From the NCBI GenBank assembly GCA_905178155.1, contig CAJINV010000003.1:8398764-8462763 (forward strand): DNA of 64,000 bases, in the 5' to 3' direction. The translations under genes and the position numbers were made by a program. The DNA is from Amoebophrya sp. A120. Taxonomy: Eukaryota > Protista > Dinoflagellata. The notes below the pieces were generated by a model that worked only from the letters and a program-made list of their open reading frames with translations, was not told where the DNA came from and did not search any database. Below, in pieces: positions 13,462 through 26,500 of the stretch (the first letter of the stretch is position 1; each line of letters opens with the position of its first letter).

Positions 13462-15655
13462 GTGCCGTCTTCTGCACTCTATGGACGTGCGGACCCAGGT
13501 TTGCGCTGAAGACGGAGGCGGCGGTGTCGTGCGAGGACCGCGTCCTCCTCTAAAGACGTACTTGGATGCTCACGTGCCCGCTCCGTTCGGATCCGCTTTC
13601 TCGTTTAGTTCGTCGAGCGACAGTACGCAAGTGAACAAGCGAGCTTATTCTGAAGAAGCCGTGTCGTCCTTCAGCAGCGGAAAGAAATACACCAGGAGTC
13701 CTCGACCGGTGCTGCAAACATGCGCCGATCTGCAAAGGCAGTGCGCCGAAACATACTGGCGCTTTTGGGACCACGAGGAGCAGCCTGGCGCTAGAGACAT
13801 CATGACAACTGCAAGAACCCCCGAGGAAGACCAGCAGACGAGTCGGCAGCGTCAGCCCGACGAGCACGACCATCGGCCTCCACTTTCTGCCGCAGGACAC
13901 GACGATCACGCGGGTGGTCCTCGTGACCCGCCGCGCCGGCCTATTCTATTCGACCTGATCATTGACGACGGCTTCCACTCTCCACGCGCGAACTTAGCCA
14001 GTTTGAGTTTCTTGTGGCCCTACCTAGGCGCGGAGCCCCTCGGAAGGTATGTGGTTGAGGATTTGACGATGCCCTTCACGCACGTCGACGAAAATATATA
14101 GAGATGAAAAAGGTGATCTTCCCGCGTGTTCTTATCCCTAAGAAAAATCGCGCCATACCGTCGCGATTCGTGGGGTTTTTTTATTCTAGGCAAGGCCTGG
14201 CGTGTCTGAGGCTAACAAAAGCGCCACCGCCCAGGGCTATCCAAAGCTTTCGCCGCGCATCATCCAGAGGGTCGCGCTTTCGTGCTTAGCGCAGCCCCAG
14301 CTCATGCGCCAGGGAACGCTCTGCGCACTGACAGAATAACCGCCGGCCACTGCGTCCAAGTTCGCGCGCCCGGGCGCGAGCTGATGCCCCACCCAAAGAG
14401 CCCCCCCAAGCCGGGGCTACGCCGGCGGTCGCACCGGGCCGCGGCAGTGTGCGCGCCCACTCGTCTCTCTTTGTGTCAGGCAGCAGATGATGGCCCCTCC
14501 GGTGTTGTCTTTGGTGCCTGCGCCGTGCCGTCGGTCCTAAATTAGGACCGGTGGGGCGCTGGCTCCATAAAATGATATGTATATGGCTAGGGGACCACGT
14601 CCACGAAGCAAAGATGGTGCTTCAGCTGCGCACGTTCCCGCTCGTGCATAGATAAGAACACTACTGCAGCGACCTGCTGTGGTGTTTTGGGATGAAGCAG
14701 AGCTGTAGCTTCGGCTCCAAATGTTCCCGTTCTCGTTTTCTGTTGCTCTTATCCTCCAACTCCGTGCATAGATAAAGAAGTTCTCATCTATGCACGGAGA
14801 TGATTGGACGATCAGAATTGAAGCTTCTCCTCCAGATGTTCCCGTTCTGTCAAAAATGCTGTTCTTATCCCTCCTGTTCGTGCATAGATAAGAACACCAT
14901 TTTTAGGTCGTTACAAACATGTTCTTAGAGCGGCGTAACAAACTCCAAAAGAGTAGTTGCAGGCCAACTTCTCATCCTTCCACCCGGCCGGGTGGATGAG
15001 AAGTTGGCCTGTCCGCGTCGCCAGCCCATCCGGCTCCGTCCCGTCGTTGCCCCAGATCCCGGATCCCCCAGAACGGTCGTGTATCTGCAAATATAAACTC
15101 ACTCTCCCAGAAAACACTCCCACCACCCCATAAATTTGCATATACAACACAGACACTAGCTCCTATTTTCAAACGCAACACAGAAGAGATGCCAGTTTCT
15201 ATAAATGCAATACATCAGAATCAGTTTCTATAAAAGCAATCGGAAGGTATGTGGTTGAGGATTTGACGATGCCCTTCACGCACGTCGACGAAAATATCGG
15301 CAAGGTCACACTTTTCTTGGAAAACATGGTATCGCAAGAAAAAACTGTTTCACTGTAAACTTGTAATGCAGGAAATGTATCTGAGAAGTGTTTGTCTTGC
15401 TACACATGCAAGACAGTAGATTTTTGCCTGTGTTTTCCTTTAGGGCTCTCGCATGGCAAATTTTTTCTGTGATGTAGAACAAGCTTGTGATGCAACACTT
15501 GCAAAATCCTTACAGTGAAACACTTTTTTCATGCGATACATGGTTAAGCGAAATTACCAGCTCTGGGGCTGGCGAAAAGTAGAGGCGAGGACGCCGCAGG
15601 ACGAGGCGGAGAATTTCACCTGGGAGGAGCACGAGCAGCCCGAAGAGACTGACAA
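13462..15655 (+). CDS. Class I SAM-dependent methyltransferase-like gene, C-terminal part, interrupted by an insert at 14098-15239
   Basis: FDLIIDDGFH...LWPYL...GRYVVEDL motif; frame resumes at 15298 (IGK, then GT) and in an exon from 15561. N-terminal exons not found. Confidence 0.65.
14097..14926. mobile_element. TATAGAGA-end element copy 2, right part truncated
   Basis: Left TIR TATAGAGATGAAAAAGGTGATCTTC; 14515-14926 is homologous to 1-385. Confidence 0.75.
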
Positions 15656-16283
15656 GTTCGTGTTTCTTTATCCGTCACATTCATGGTCGTGGCCGACTCT
15701 AACGGCGCTAGAATTGTGCGACGATGTAATGATAATTGCGATGAAATTGCAAATTCATAAGTATCTAATGAGTTTGTATTTTTTTTTTTTGGAGTAGTTA
15801 ATCATGAAACTGTCTGATATGATGTCAGTGTAACGGAGTAGGGTCTTCCAGTTAGTAGCTCGGCTCTGGAGAAAACAAGAGAGCGCGCTACGCCTTTCAC
15901 GAAAAAAGAAAGGGAGTACGCACCACATCGTCGACGTAGGTACTTCTTACGCGCAACTGCTAGCAGCTAGTAAGTCGCGCCAGCATTGATGATCCCTCAG
16001 CAATATCCCCCGCAGAAAACGCCCTTTTTCAGCGTTCTCACCAGCCGGACCAGTGGCGGTTCAGTGTTAATACTAGACAAGACCAGCGCATCCGAGCAAA
16101 TGATTCCGTCGGTCGAGTTATTCCCTGAAAATCGACCATCTCCATCTATTAATGTCACCAAAAATATCAATATGAATATGGAAAAGAGGAAAAGCTTCCC
16201 GCGCCTGCTTTTGTTATGCAAAAACTGGATGCGGGTGGCGATGGCATGGTGCATTTCCAGGGAATGCGACAATCTCGACGAGC

Positions 16284-19200
16284 TTGCGCATGAAATGGAG
16301 CTCGACAATATTCTTGACCACAAAAATATCCAAGAAAAAAAAAATCGTAATTCTAGCTTCCTCTGTGTTGCAGACCGACGATGTAAACAGAAACACAGAG
16401 AAGCCTAGTTTGAGTATGACCGGTTGTGATGTGATTTTTTGTAGTAGGCCTAGAAAAGGCAGAGGGACTGGACTCCCTGCCCTTGCTGGCCGATGTAGTG
16501 CTGTCCGTCCAAAGAAATCATTGCAAGTCACACCTACACGATTTTTTTCTTGGATAAAAAAGCTCGACTCGCGATCAACTTCGGGTGGATTGAGAGCTTC
16601 CTCTTCGACAAGTCGGATTGAAATTGCCGATCACGACGCCATCGCTCCGGCCACGACTGTGAATGTTCCTCTTCCTACCACGTCATCAAGTTCTGCGAAT
16701 GCTGGTACCGCTACAACATCACGGCGGAGCCTCGAAAGTGGATCCACAGGGCGCGCAGGAGTAGATCCAGATATCGAGAATCTTCATCAGCAACACAAAA
16801 ATCTCATCAACCACTCGGAAATGCAAGGAAAACAAGTCGAAGAGAATGTGGATTATCCTGCGCCCGGCGCGCCTGTACTAGCTGCTGCTGTTCGCAGTCA
16901 ACATAAGACTCTTTACGCGCCTAGTGAGCAGGCCGTAGTACCTCGCGGCAAGCATGTTGATGTGCTTCCGACAGGAGGGTTCGCTGAAATCAAGGATGAT
17001 GACACAGACTTCGCCGGGAGTCCGCTCACCGAAGAACTCGCGCTAGCCGTGCAGCCTGTGGACTACGAAAACTTCTGCTGGGAGCGGCTGGACGGGGGGC
17101 GAGCTTTGCTCGAGGGACCGCTTATGCATTTTTGCAAACATCTCATTCTCACCTGGGTCTGGATTGGTGAACCTTGTGTGCGACTTCTGATGATACTGTT
17201 AGGTGGTCTTTTTATTTACCTCGCAGAAACTTGCTCCATCTCATCTGTCGTGTTGCAGAAACGCAAAAACTTGCCCGCTGCTCGCTAGTACGCATAGCAC
17301 GAAAGTTTCGCACGGTATACTTAGGAACTTTCAAGCAGCTTTCGCAGAATCAAAATCTGCTATGCTTTTGTCCGCATTCTAGACCATCTCATCGATCTGT
17401 GTAGAAGTCCAAAAAACGGCTCGTGACAAACGCGCGTGCTCTTCCAGACCCAGACACATTTGCAGTGGATACCGCTGCGCGCACTGCAAAAGCTGCCGGT
17501 GACCAAGGACTATCTGGAAACGAGCGGGTATGCGGCCGGCGTGCTGACCCCGGCCCTGTTGCGGGACCCGGTTATGTTGCGAAAGCTGCAGCAGGGTCTT
17601 TTGACGGCTGTACAAGCGCGCCACGCGATCTACGTGCGGCTCGAAAGACAAAAAGTGGTCCATGACCTCCTCAGAGGCCAGGAGCACCACACACGCTACG
17701 TGCTCGGTTATGCCTTGGACGGTCGTTAGCATACAGGGCGGTGAACAAACTCCCGTGAATTTGTATTGCATGGCCTGCATCTACTTACTTGAAAATGAAG
17801 TAAGCTCAAAGCTGCAAATTAATTGTGGACATGAGCCTAAGCAGCCCACGCAGCTCGAGGCTGCTGCTCGCCTGGTGGCACTTGCAGCACCCGGGGAAGT
17901 GGTCTTGCAGGGGGGGCCCGCCGGGCTGTGCAGTGCGTATTTCACCCAGGAAGGTGGATTGTGGCAGTGTGATTGTGCGTAGTTGCCTCTCCTGCAGTAC
18001 TTCTCCGGAATCGATAGTAGGTCGAAAGGAAGGCCGACGCCTACGCACAGGGGCACTAGTTCAACACGTACGAGGCTCTCGCGGATTGCGGTTGGCCCGG
18101 CTTGGAGCTGGATACCCGGGGACAGCCTCTGGAACGGGAGCCACGATTCGGCGGGCGCTAGCTTCGCCTGCTGTGGCCCACAACTCCCCAGGGATCGGGT
18201 CTTCTTTCCCCCAGAGCAAGTCTTTTTCGACGTGACCCGCAGGTCAAGAATTCTCTTGGTGAATTTTGAGGATTTTTCTTTTTGCGACACTTTTTTGAAG
18301 CCCCAAAACACGGAGTTTCCCATGCGCTAGCGAATTTTGAACAGGAGCCGGAGGCCAAAATTCACCGGCGCCCTTTTCAAAATTCACCCCAAAACTCACC
18401 GGGCGCCCCTTTTCGACCGTGATAAGCAAACTTTAGCGCAGAAAAGTGCTGAAAAAAGTCCGCAAATAGGCCCTGGAATGTGGGGCCGAGGGGAAAAGAC
18501 AAGCGCCCTCTGTTGCCCTCAGCCCGTCTAGATTCTGCCGAAAAGGCCTGGAGAGTTCACGCGCCTGCCGGATAGACGCGTCAAAGCTCTCGGCCTGGTC
18601 CTTTCGCCCTTGCTTTAGCGCCTTCGTCTTGCCTAAAATGTATGTGCTTCGCGGCCCTTGTTTTTGGCATCTTTGCCGCGGCTGCTGCAGTGCTTGCTCT
18701 TCTGCAAGCACAGGAAGACGAAAAGACATGGCCAAAGAACGACGCCCAGGCCATGTCCAGCTGCCCGCCGCATAACTTGCGAGTTCTGCGGTGTGCAGAA
18801 CGCTCTTCCCAGAAGGGCGAGAGGGACAATGGCCCGGCAATCTCCTCTGCTATTTGTCATGCAAAATTCACTAGAGATTCATCACGTCTCATGCTAAAGA
18901 CAAAAAGTGGTCCATGACTTCCTCAGAGGCCAGGAACACCACACACGCTACGTGCTCGGACGAGCACAAGCGGGGAGAGCGGGATCTTCGCAGGATCGTA
19001 ATGATCGAGCGAACAAAGGCAATGCGGGCACGCCTAGTACCTCCAGGAAAGATCACCGGGGGAAAATTCACGTTGAAGATGATCGCGAGGTGGAGCGCAC
19101 TGTTTTGCGATCCAGTATTAACGAAATCGCCACTGCGGATGAGCAGCGGGAGAGACAGCGTCAGCGTGCGGCACCGCCAGAACTAGTAGTAGAGTCGGCT

Positions 19201-19416
19201 TTTCTCAACAGCACTGAGCTATTGCTTGACCTGCGGCGTCAATCACGATTTGTTGCGAAAAATCGAACCTTTGCCAACTGCTGCGGGCGCGAGGGACCTG
19301 ACTTAGACTGCTTTCGCAGTCAGTACAGTCACAAACTGCCGCAAAACTGGAAGACGGACAGTTGGACATACATATACCGGCTCGTGGTATCCGATGCAGC
19401 TGACAGCACTGTGTGA
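16284..19416 (+). CDS. Unknown protein interrupted by one introner and a 1188-bp insert; start uncertain
   Basis: ORFs 16284, 17436 and 18907 join in frame (EGPL|RALQK; YVLG|RAQAG) after removing 17123-17476 and the insert plus one repeat copy. Confidence 0.55.
17123..17471. mobile_element. Introner, family A (TAT..TGCAAA..CTGGGTCTGGA TIR)
   Basis: DR CCGCT/CCGCT; frame restored. Confidence 0.85.
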
Positions 19417-20576
19417 TTTTCAAAATGTTCTTCGAGGAATGGAAATTCGAATTGGTGAGGCGCCACATGAACGCGCAACTTCAGACCTTCTTAATGGGCA
19501 CGAAGAGAACTCTCGCTTCTTGTTGTTTACTTATTCTTCATCTTCAAGGCTTGTATGTGCCTGCATGTCTTAATCATTGGACACGAGCAGCAGGGCAGAT
19601 TTGTTGTTTCTCTTTCTAGTGGCGTTTTGCGTGCGCCGTCCTCTCGCCCTATTCCTATCACCAAGTTCGAGCATCCTTCCCTGGAGGAACCGGCTCTTGC
19701 TTTCGTCAAACAGCAATGACCAGTAAGAACAGCTTCGAAGAGTTTGTAGTTTGAAAATCGCAACACGCTTTGCATTTGCATATGCAGCCCATTGCTGTAT
19801 TCCCGAAACGATCAGGAGAACTGCTGAGACTTATGTGTATCCCTATCTGAATATCGATTCATTTAAGAAGTAGTCAACGAAATTCAAATTATGATGAAGC
19901 ACCAGGAAAGATGCAACATCTTATCAACGAAGCTCAAGTACTAGTGTGCGTGTACTCAATCGAACGCGAGGACCAAGTTAGAAAATCTTGTGTTATGCCA
20001 TAACATGATGGGATTACTCGCATGGTCGAGCAACCGAAGCAGATTTTTGCTCCTACCATACTTCTCACACTGTTGTTAACCTAGAGTACTGCTCTACCGC
20101 ACCTCAACGGAAATTAGTCCAAAGAAACCTCGTCCGTTGTTGCTGATCAAGGTTCATCCTTCTCCATCGAAGAAGCCCAACATCGTTTCACACGAAAATA
20201 TTGATATTCGTGCTTGGTCTTGTGTGTCGTTCATGTTGGTACCTCAATGCAACATCGTGATTCTGATACATACTGATCGTTTCTAAAAAATAAATTGAAT
20301 CAATACAGTTCGTGCATCGTCTATCTCTGTCTCGATGATGCTTCAGAAGATTGCAAGCAGCGCAATGTCGCAACCACGCAGATGTTGATACACGTAGAAA
20401 TAGATGAACATGACGAGCAGGAGAGTTTTCAACATCCATGTGGCTCCGCTTCAAGCAGCATGAGCGCGAAGTCCGAGCAATATCATGTTCAGTGTGACGA
20501 ATGGTAGAAGCCAGCGGGCAGTCTTCCTCGCCTAAGAACAGCATGGAAGGCGACGTCGAGGAGGAGTAGACGCTTC

Positions 20577-23500
20577 TTGGAGATGCAGATGGAGCAGGAT
20601 GAAGGAGCCCGTTGGACTTACGGCGAGCAGCGGGTAGCGGACGACCAGGTCCAGGCGTATAAAGATGATACTATCTTCGACTACAAGAGCAATAAAATTA
20701 TGTTGAACAACCACGAGTCTTTGGACTTCGACTTCGTTGCTCAGGTGGACCGGAGTATCGAAACCAGCCTCCTGGCACCTGATCCCGTGGCCACGCCGAT
20801 GATGCTGAATATGATGGCAAAGTCGTTGTCCAAGGAGCAAATCGGAGGAGGTCCGCCAGCTCCTTCGGGCGCACAGCAGCTGCAACAGCTGTCCGCCCTC
20901 AGGATGGGATTCGAGGCGAAGATTAAGGAAGTTGAGTTTCTGGAGGAGCAACTGGAGTTGTCAAAGGACCGCGAGGAGGAGCTCACTCGGGCTCTCACCG
21001 TTACAACCGGCGGGACCAATCACCACGCCGCATCAAGTTCTTCCTCCTCGGGCTCGGCACACCACCACCTGCATACAACTGGGTCCAAAACTCCGTCCGG
21101 GGTCGGTGGCGTTTCTGTGTTCGCTCGGGCGCGGAAGTCGCTCACTTCGAAGGAAACCAGTTTGGCCGAAGCCAACCGGTTTCACCAGCTGTGGGACAGC
21201 GCAGAAAGGGAGTTCCGGAAATTGCACGAAGACTTGGAACAAGTTATGCTCGCCATCACGGACAGCCGAGACGTTTTGCTCGTCGACCAAGACAACTTGG
21301 AACTGGTGCGTCTGGGAAAATGCAGCGCGCAGGCGAAGTTGAAGCAGTACGGTCCGGACGGGCACCTGGTCGTTGATGATACTCGAATGAAGAACTCCAA
21401 GCAGTCGTCCGCCGCCGACCCAACGAATTTGATGTGGTTGTTGAAAAAACTCCATTCCACTGCCTCTGATCTGAACGTGTCGCAGAAAGTGCGTTTACTT
21501 TTGAGGCATTATCAGATGTGTTACGAGTTTTCCGTGGACGAAATGGAACGCAAAAGCCTGGCTTTACAGGAGAAAAGCATCTGGAAAGAAAAAAGGTTGA
21601 CGGAGAAGGTGCACAATCTGGAAAAGGTACACGATAACGGTAGCGCTTGTAGTACCAGATTGATTTGTAAGTAGGATAGTATCCTTGTTGTAGTTCTAGT
21701 TAGGTTACTAATACTAGCTAGAGGTAGGCTTCGGATAAATACTTACAAGTATTTCTCTCTCTCTGAAGTTTTCCAACGCGCCATTCATTGCCTGGTGCCT
21801 GCGTGTGGCCGTGCGACACATATGATTTTTCCACACGGAAATAAAACATACCACAGGTCCTCGCCGAAAAAGACGAGCAATTCGCCTTAGTCTACAACGA
21901 AAACGACTTTCTGAAGAAGAAGGCCCACCCAACCGCAAAGCAGCGTGAAGAAATGCTGAAGCAGAAGCTGCTGCAGTTGGAGGAAGCAGAGGAAAGACTC
22001 CGCGTCTTGGAAGAGATATGGGAGTGTCAGGATCGAAATCGTCACTGTTGAAATAATTTGTGATGCGCAAAACGGATACCAGTTGGCGCCTAGTTTTCAA
22101 GTGGCGCATGACAAATTTTCCTGGCCTCTAAAGCAAGTCTGTCATGCTGTTTCGGGCAAAAGGGCTCCCCTCTGTCATGCTAATCAGCAACCCAATTCTC
22201 GACCCCTGCCAGCACTACAAGAATCTGCCACCCTTGCGTCCTCTGCTATAGTGCGAGTGCCAGTCCCTGAGCTGCATTCTATGCAGGGCAAACCATTGTT
22301 TCAACTTTGACGATTTCGATCCTGACGCTTCCATAAGAGAGCCGCCTGAAGCGCGAAAAACAGCTCGCGAGCGATCACATTCAGCAGGCGTGGCGTAGCA
22401 AAAAAGTCAAGGAAATGAAGGAGGATTTGCAGGCGAAGCTGAACCACGCCGAGGAGCTGATCACGCAATACAGTATTAACGGAGAACAAGAACACAACTC
22501 CAAACCCGACAAAAATCATGGAATCACAACAGCAAACGGAGCCGGTGCCAGCACGTCGTCCCCAGGCCCGAAAAGCCCCTCCGGAGCCGGGTTATCTACT
22601 TCCTTCGGACGGCCGAACAAGGCGAAGGCATCCACGAGCCGCTTCCTGGGCACCACTTCCGCGAGCAGCAGGCAAATCCGCGAACAGAACGAAAGGCTGG
22701 ACCAGGAAAATAGAGACTTGCAGAAGAAAAATCACGAACTGCAGGGAAGATTGAAGGAGCAGAGGGAAAACTTCCGGCTGCAGCTGGAGCAGAAGGACGA
22801 GGCCATGGCCTTTTTGAAGAGCCAGGCGGAAAAACTGGAGCGCGACTTGCTCGTGGCACAGACCGAAAACATGCAAGCTCTCACCGCGATTCGGGAGGAG
22901 GCGCTATCAGCGTCGCAATTCCGGAACGATGTCACGCAGAAGGAAAGGGAGCAGAAGCTGCTCGACGAAGCAAAGGAAAAGTTGGCACAGATGCACGAAG
23001 CCCACGTGAAAGAGCTGGAAGATGCGAGGAAGAAACGCCACACGGCCTTTGACGCGGTCTTGGATAAACTTGCGGGGAACATACCGGGGCGGGGAAGCTA
23101 CTTCACGGAAGAAAGTTACGGAGGAGTAGAGACCACGCTGGAGGAGGTAGAAGAGCAGATGGAACTGATGCGGGATATTAACGAGGCAAAGAAGAGTTTG
23201 TCGCGCAGCGGTTCCGCCGCTTTCGCAGCCTCTGCCTCGCTTGCACTTGCGTCCAGTTCCGAGACGTTGGCAGGGGCGTCGCCTTTAGAGCGGCAAAAGC
23301 GGAAGAGGGAACAGGAAGAAATCGAAAATGCGTTTTTGGTAAAAAACTCCTCTTCCTCCTCTTCATCTTCCCCTCGTCCACAGCAGCCGGCTTCTGCGGT
23401 GTTTCAAAGCTCGGGGACCACATTATCAAACACTGCCGCTGATGGTCCTCGTGCCAACAAGTTTGAGAAGACTGAAAGCAACCCTTTTCTCGTCTCCTCC

Positions 23501-26500
23501 TCGTCTTCCGCAGCCTCCTCTGCAGACGGAGGTGAGGACACAACGACATTTGAAGGTAAAAATGTCGCAGGAGCAGATGCAGGACGAGGACCACCAGAAG
23601 TACCAAAAGATCAGGAACAGGCTCAGACTCAGAGCCTCCAGCAGCTGTCCCAGCGTCAGTATTCAAAAGAGGAACAGCTGCAGATACTTGACGACGCGAA
23701 TCGCGACCCGGAACTTCAGCCGATTATTGCGAAGCTGGAGCAGATGCTCGGTCGCAAGGAACTGATTTGGAAAAAGCGGATCGAGAGGCAGAAGATCTCT
23801 TACGAGAAGCAAAAGCACGAGCTGCAGGTCCTGCGCGACCAGGACTTTCTGCTGATGGAAAAGGAGAAAGAAGATTTGCGGCACATGGAGCAGAAGAATT
23901 ACGAGGCTCTTTTCGCGGAAAAAGAAATGCTTGCGCAGGAAAAGAAAGCGCTGGAGGAAAAACTGAGAAAAGCGGAAGACGAAATAAACGTCGAGCTGAA
24001 GGACAAGGACAAGCGCGAGGCGCTGGAATTCGAAATGCAGCGGTTGAGGGACGACGTGAAAGTGTTACAGGCAGAGAAACAACAAATCTCCAAGGAGAGA
24101 GACACCCTGTTGAAGGATGTCGGCGCAATGTCCAGCCAAATCACGAGCAGCAAGACGGAGAAAGACTTGGAGATCGCGAAGGAGGCCGCGGAAAAGGCGA
24201 TACTGGAAGAAAGGATCACCACGCTGCAGAAGGAACTCGAGCAGCAGTTCAGCAGGCACTTATCCGAAGTCGAGGACTTCAAGACTCGACAGAGAGCGGG
24301 AGAGACAAAGATCGAAAAGGCGAACATGGTATCAACTGTAAAAATGTCTGGGTCTGGAAGATTCTGACACTTGTCATGCACGTTTTGCATGAGCCATGAT
24401 GTCTGTGATGCATACCCTAGCAATACAGATTCTTGAAGATGCGTATTCCGCATGACAAACGCCTTCTCAGCGTAGCAAAGATTGCATTTCCTTTGGTACT
24501 CATGCAATACAGATTTTTTTGGAATCCAAATGCAGCATCACAAGTTGCATTCTTCCAGACCCAGACATTTTTACATTTGATACATGGAAAAAGCGGACTA
24601 CGAACAGAGGGTGGAGTCGAAGCTGCAATCTTTTCTCCAACAGCAGAAGGAGGAGATATCCTGTGCAAAAGTGTCGTACTCGTAGTAATCGCAACCATGC
24701 ATTACAAATTTTTTTCTTAAGGTAAATCCGCATGACAAATTTTATTTCTCATGCTGAGGAAATTTCAATTTGTCATGCATTTATACGAGTGCGATACTTT
24801 TGCAGTGCATAGGGGAAGAAAAAACACGAAAAGGAAGTGACGGAGCTCGGGAAAAAACTGGAGTTCGAAAAGCAAGAGAACGAAAAGCTCAGAAACCAGA
24901 TGAAGGATCTGGACGAAAACGTGTCCGTATGACAGTGCACAACTACTCCCCCTTGTTCCCCCTCATTTGTCATGCAAAATCCCAAAGCCAGCCGCTGCCT
25001 TGTGGCACCGGGAGCGGGTGTCCACTACATGATGATGATGATGATGATGATGGCACTGCTTGCATCACGAAGCCCAACTAGAAGTACTACACTAAGCGCA
25101 TAAATTTGTCCTGCACAGGCTCCATGATGTGTGCTGGTGTTTGTATTGCTGTTGATGCCATACAAATGAGGAGGAGGGGGAGTTCTTGTGCACTCTCATA
25201 GTCCGCTACCGTGGAAGCGATGACCGCTGGCGCGTCGGAGATGTCGACCCTGAGCGAGAAGCTCCACGAGCTGGAGCAGGCGAACCGAAAGCAATATGAG
25301 GAGGTGCTGGCGCTGCGCAAGGAGAAAAACGAACTGCAGGAGAAGTTCCACTTTCAGACGTCCAAGCTAGAAAAATCCGGCAAAGCCGGGTGGCGCGTTT
25401 GCGACATCTTGGCGAGAATCGTCTCCGAAGTCACCACTTTCGACGACTTGTCCTATGTGCAGCGCGGCGGCTCGTCCTCGCTGAAGGACCACAGGAACCC
25501 CGCCGCCGGGGCACCGATGCTCTTTTACGCCGACCGGGACGCGGACGAGGAAGAGGGTTCTTTACCACTGCACCCGTCGAAGGCTCTACTGCGAAAGTTG
25601 AAGGAGTGGCACGAAGTGAGCGAGCAGCAGGACGAGCAGGAGCGCGGTGGAGGTGATTCTGATTCGGCGACATTCAATACGGTGAAACACGACCACGAAG
25701 AGGAGAAAAACGAGCTGCAACGGCAAAGTTCTCTGCTCCACGCAATCGAAGGGCATGCGTCGGAACTGCATAAATCCGAGGTGGCGGGCGTGATTCGGGC
25801 GAAGTTGGCAGAGTTTGAGGAACTGTCGAAGTACATTCGCAGGCAGCAGAAACGGGCACAGGAGATTAGCGTACGCGTAGCATCTTCGCAGCCGACTGGC
25901 GGGTCTTGCTGGGAGGGTCGTCGTGCTCCTTCAGCAGCGCCAGCGAGTGGAAACAAAGAAGGTGCTCCTGAAAGTAACGCACTTGGTCTCCTGGAGGAAC
26001 AGGAAGTAGAGAGAGACAAGGATGTTGGCAGCACCAATCTGAAGAACCGCGACAGAATGGACTCTGCGGAGCAGGAGTTAGCTCTCGTCGCGTCCCTTTT
26101 GGATCGCACACTTAGCCTCGCAGCTGGAGACAACTTCAACTATCTGAATCCGAGAAGCGCGGGGGCGGGCAGTCCCTCACGACCACCAGGTGCCTTCCCA
26201 GCAACCTCGAGTAGTACAACGACCCACAACGAGGGAATCCAAATTTTGCAGCAGATCTTTGAGAAGTTCCGAACGGAGGTGCAGCAGTTGGACGAGAAAC
26301 TGCGAGACCGGGAGTTGGAAAAAGGGTTTCTCGGCACGGAGGCGAGCCAGCTGAAGGTCCAGCTGGAGAACCAAAACCACACGTTTCTCGCGTTCCAGCA
26401 CAGCTTGAAGGAGGAAAAGGCGCTGCGGCAAGCAGCGGACGACAGAATCTCTGCCGTTTTGGCCGCTCAACAGAAGGTGCAGGAGGCCGTGGCAGAGTTC

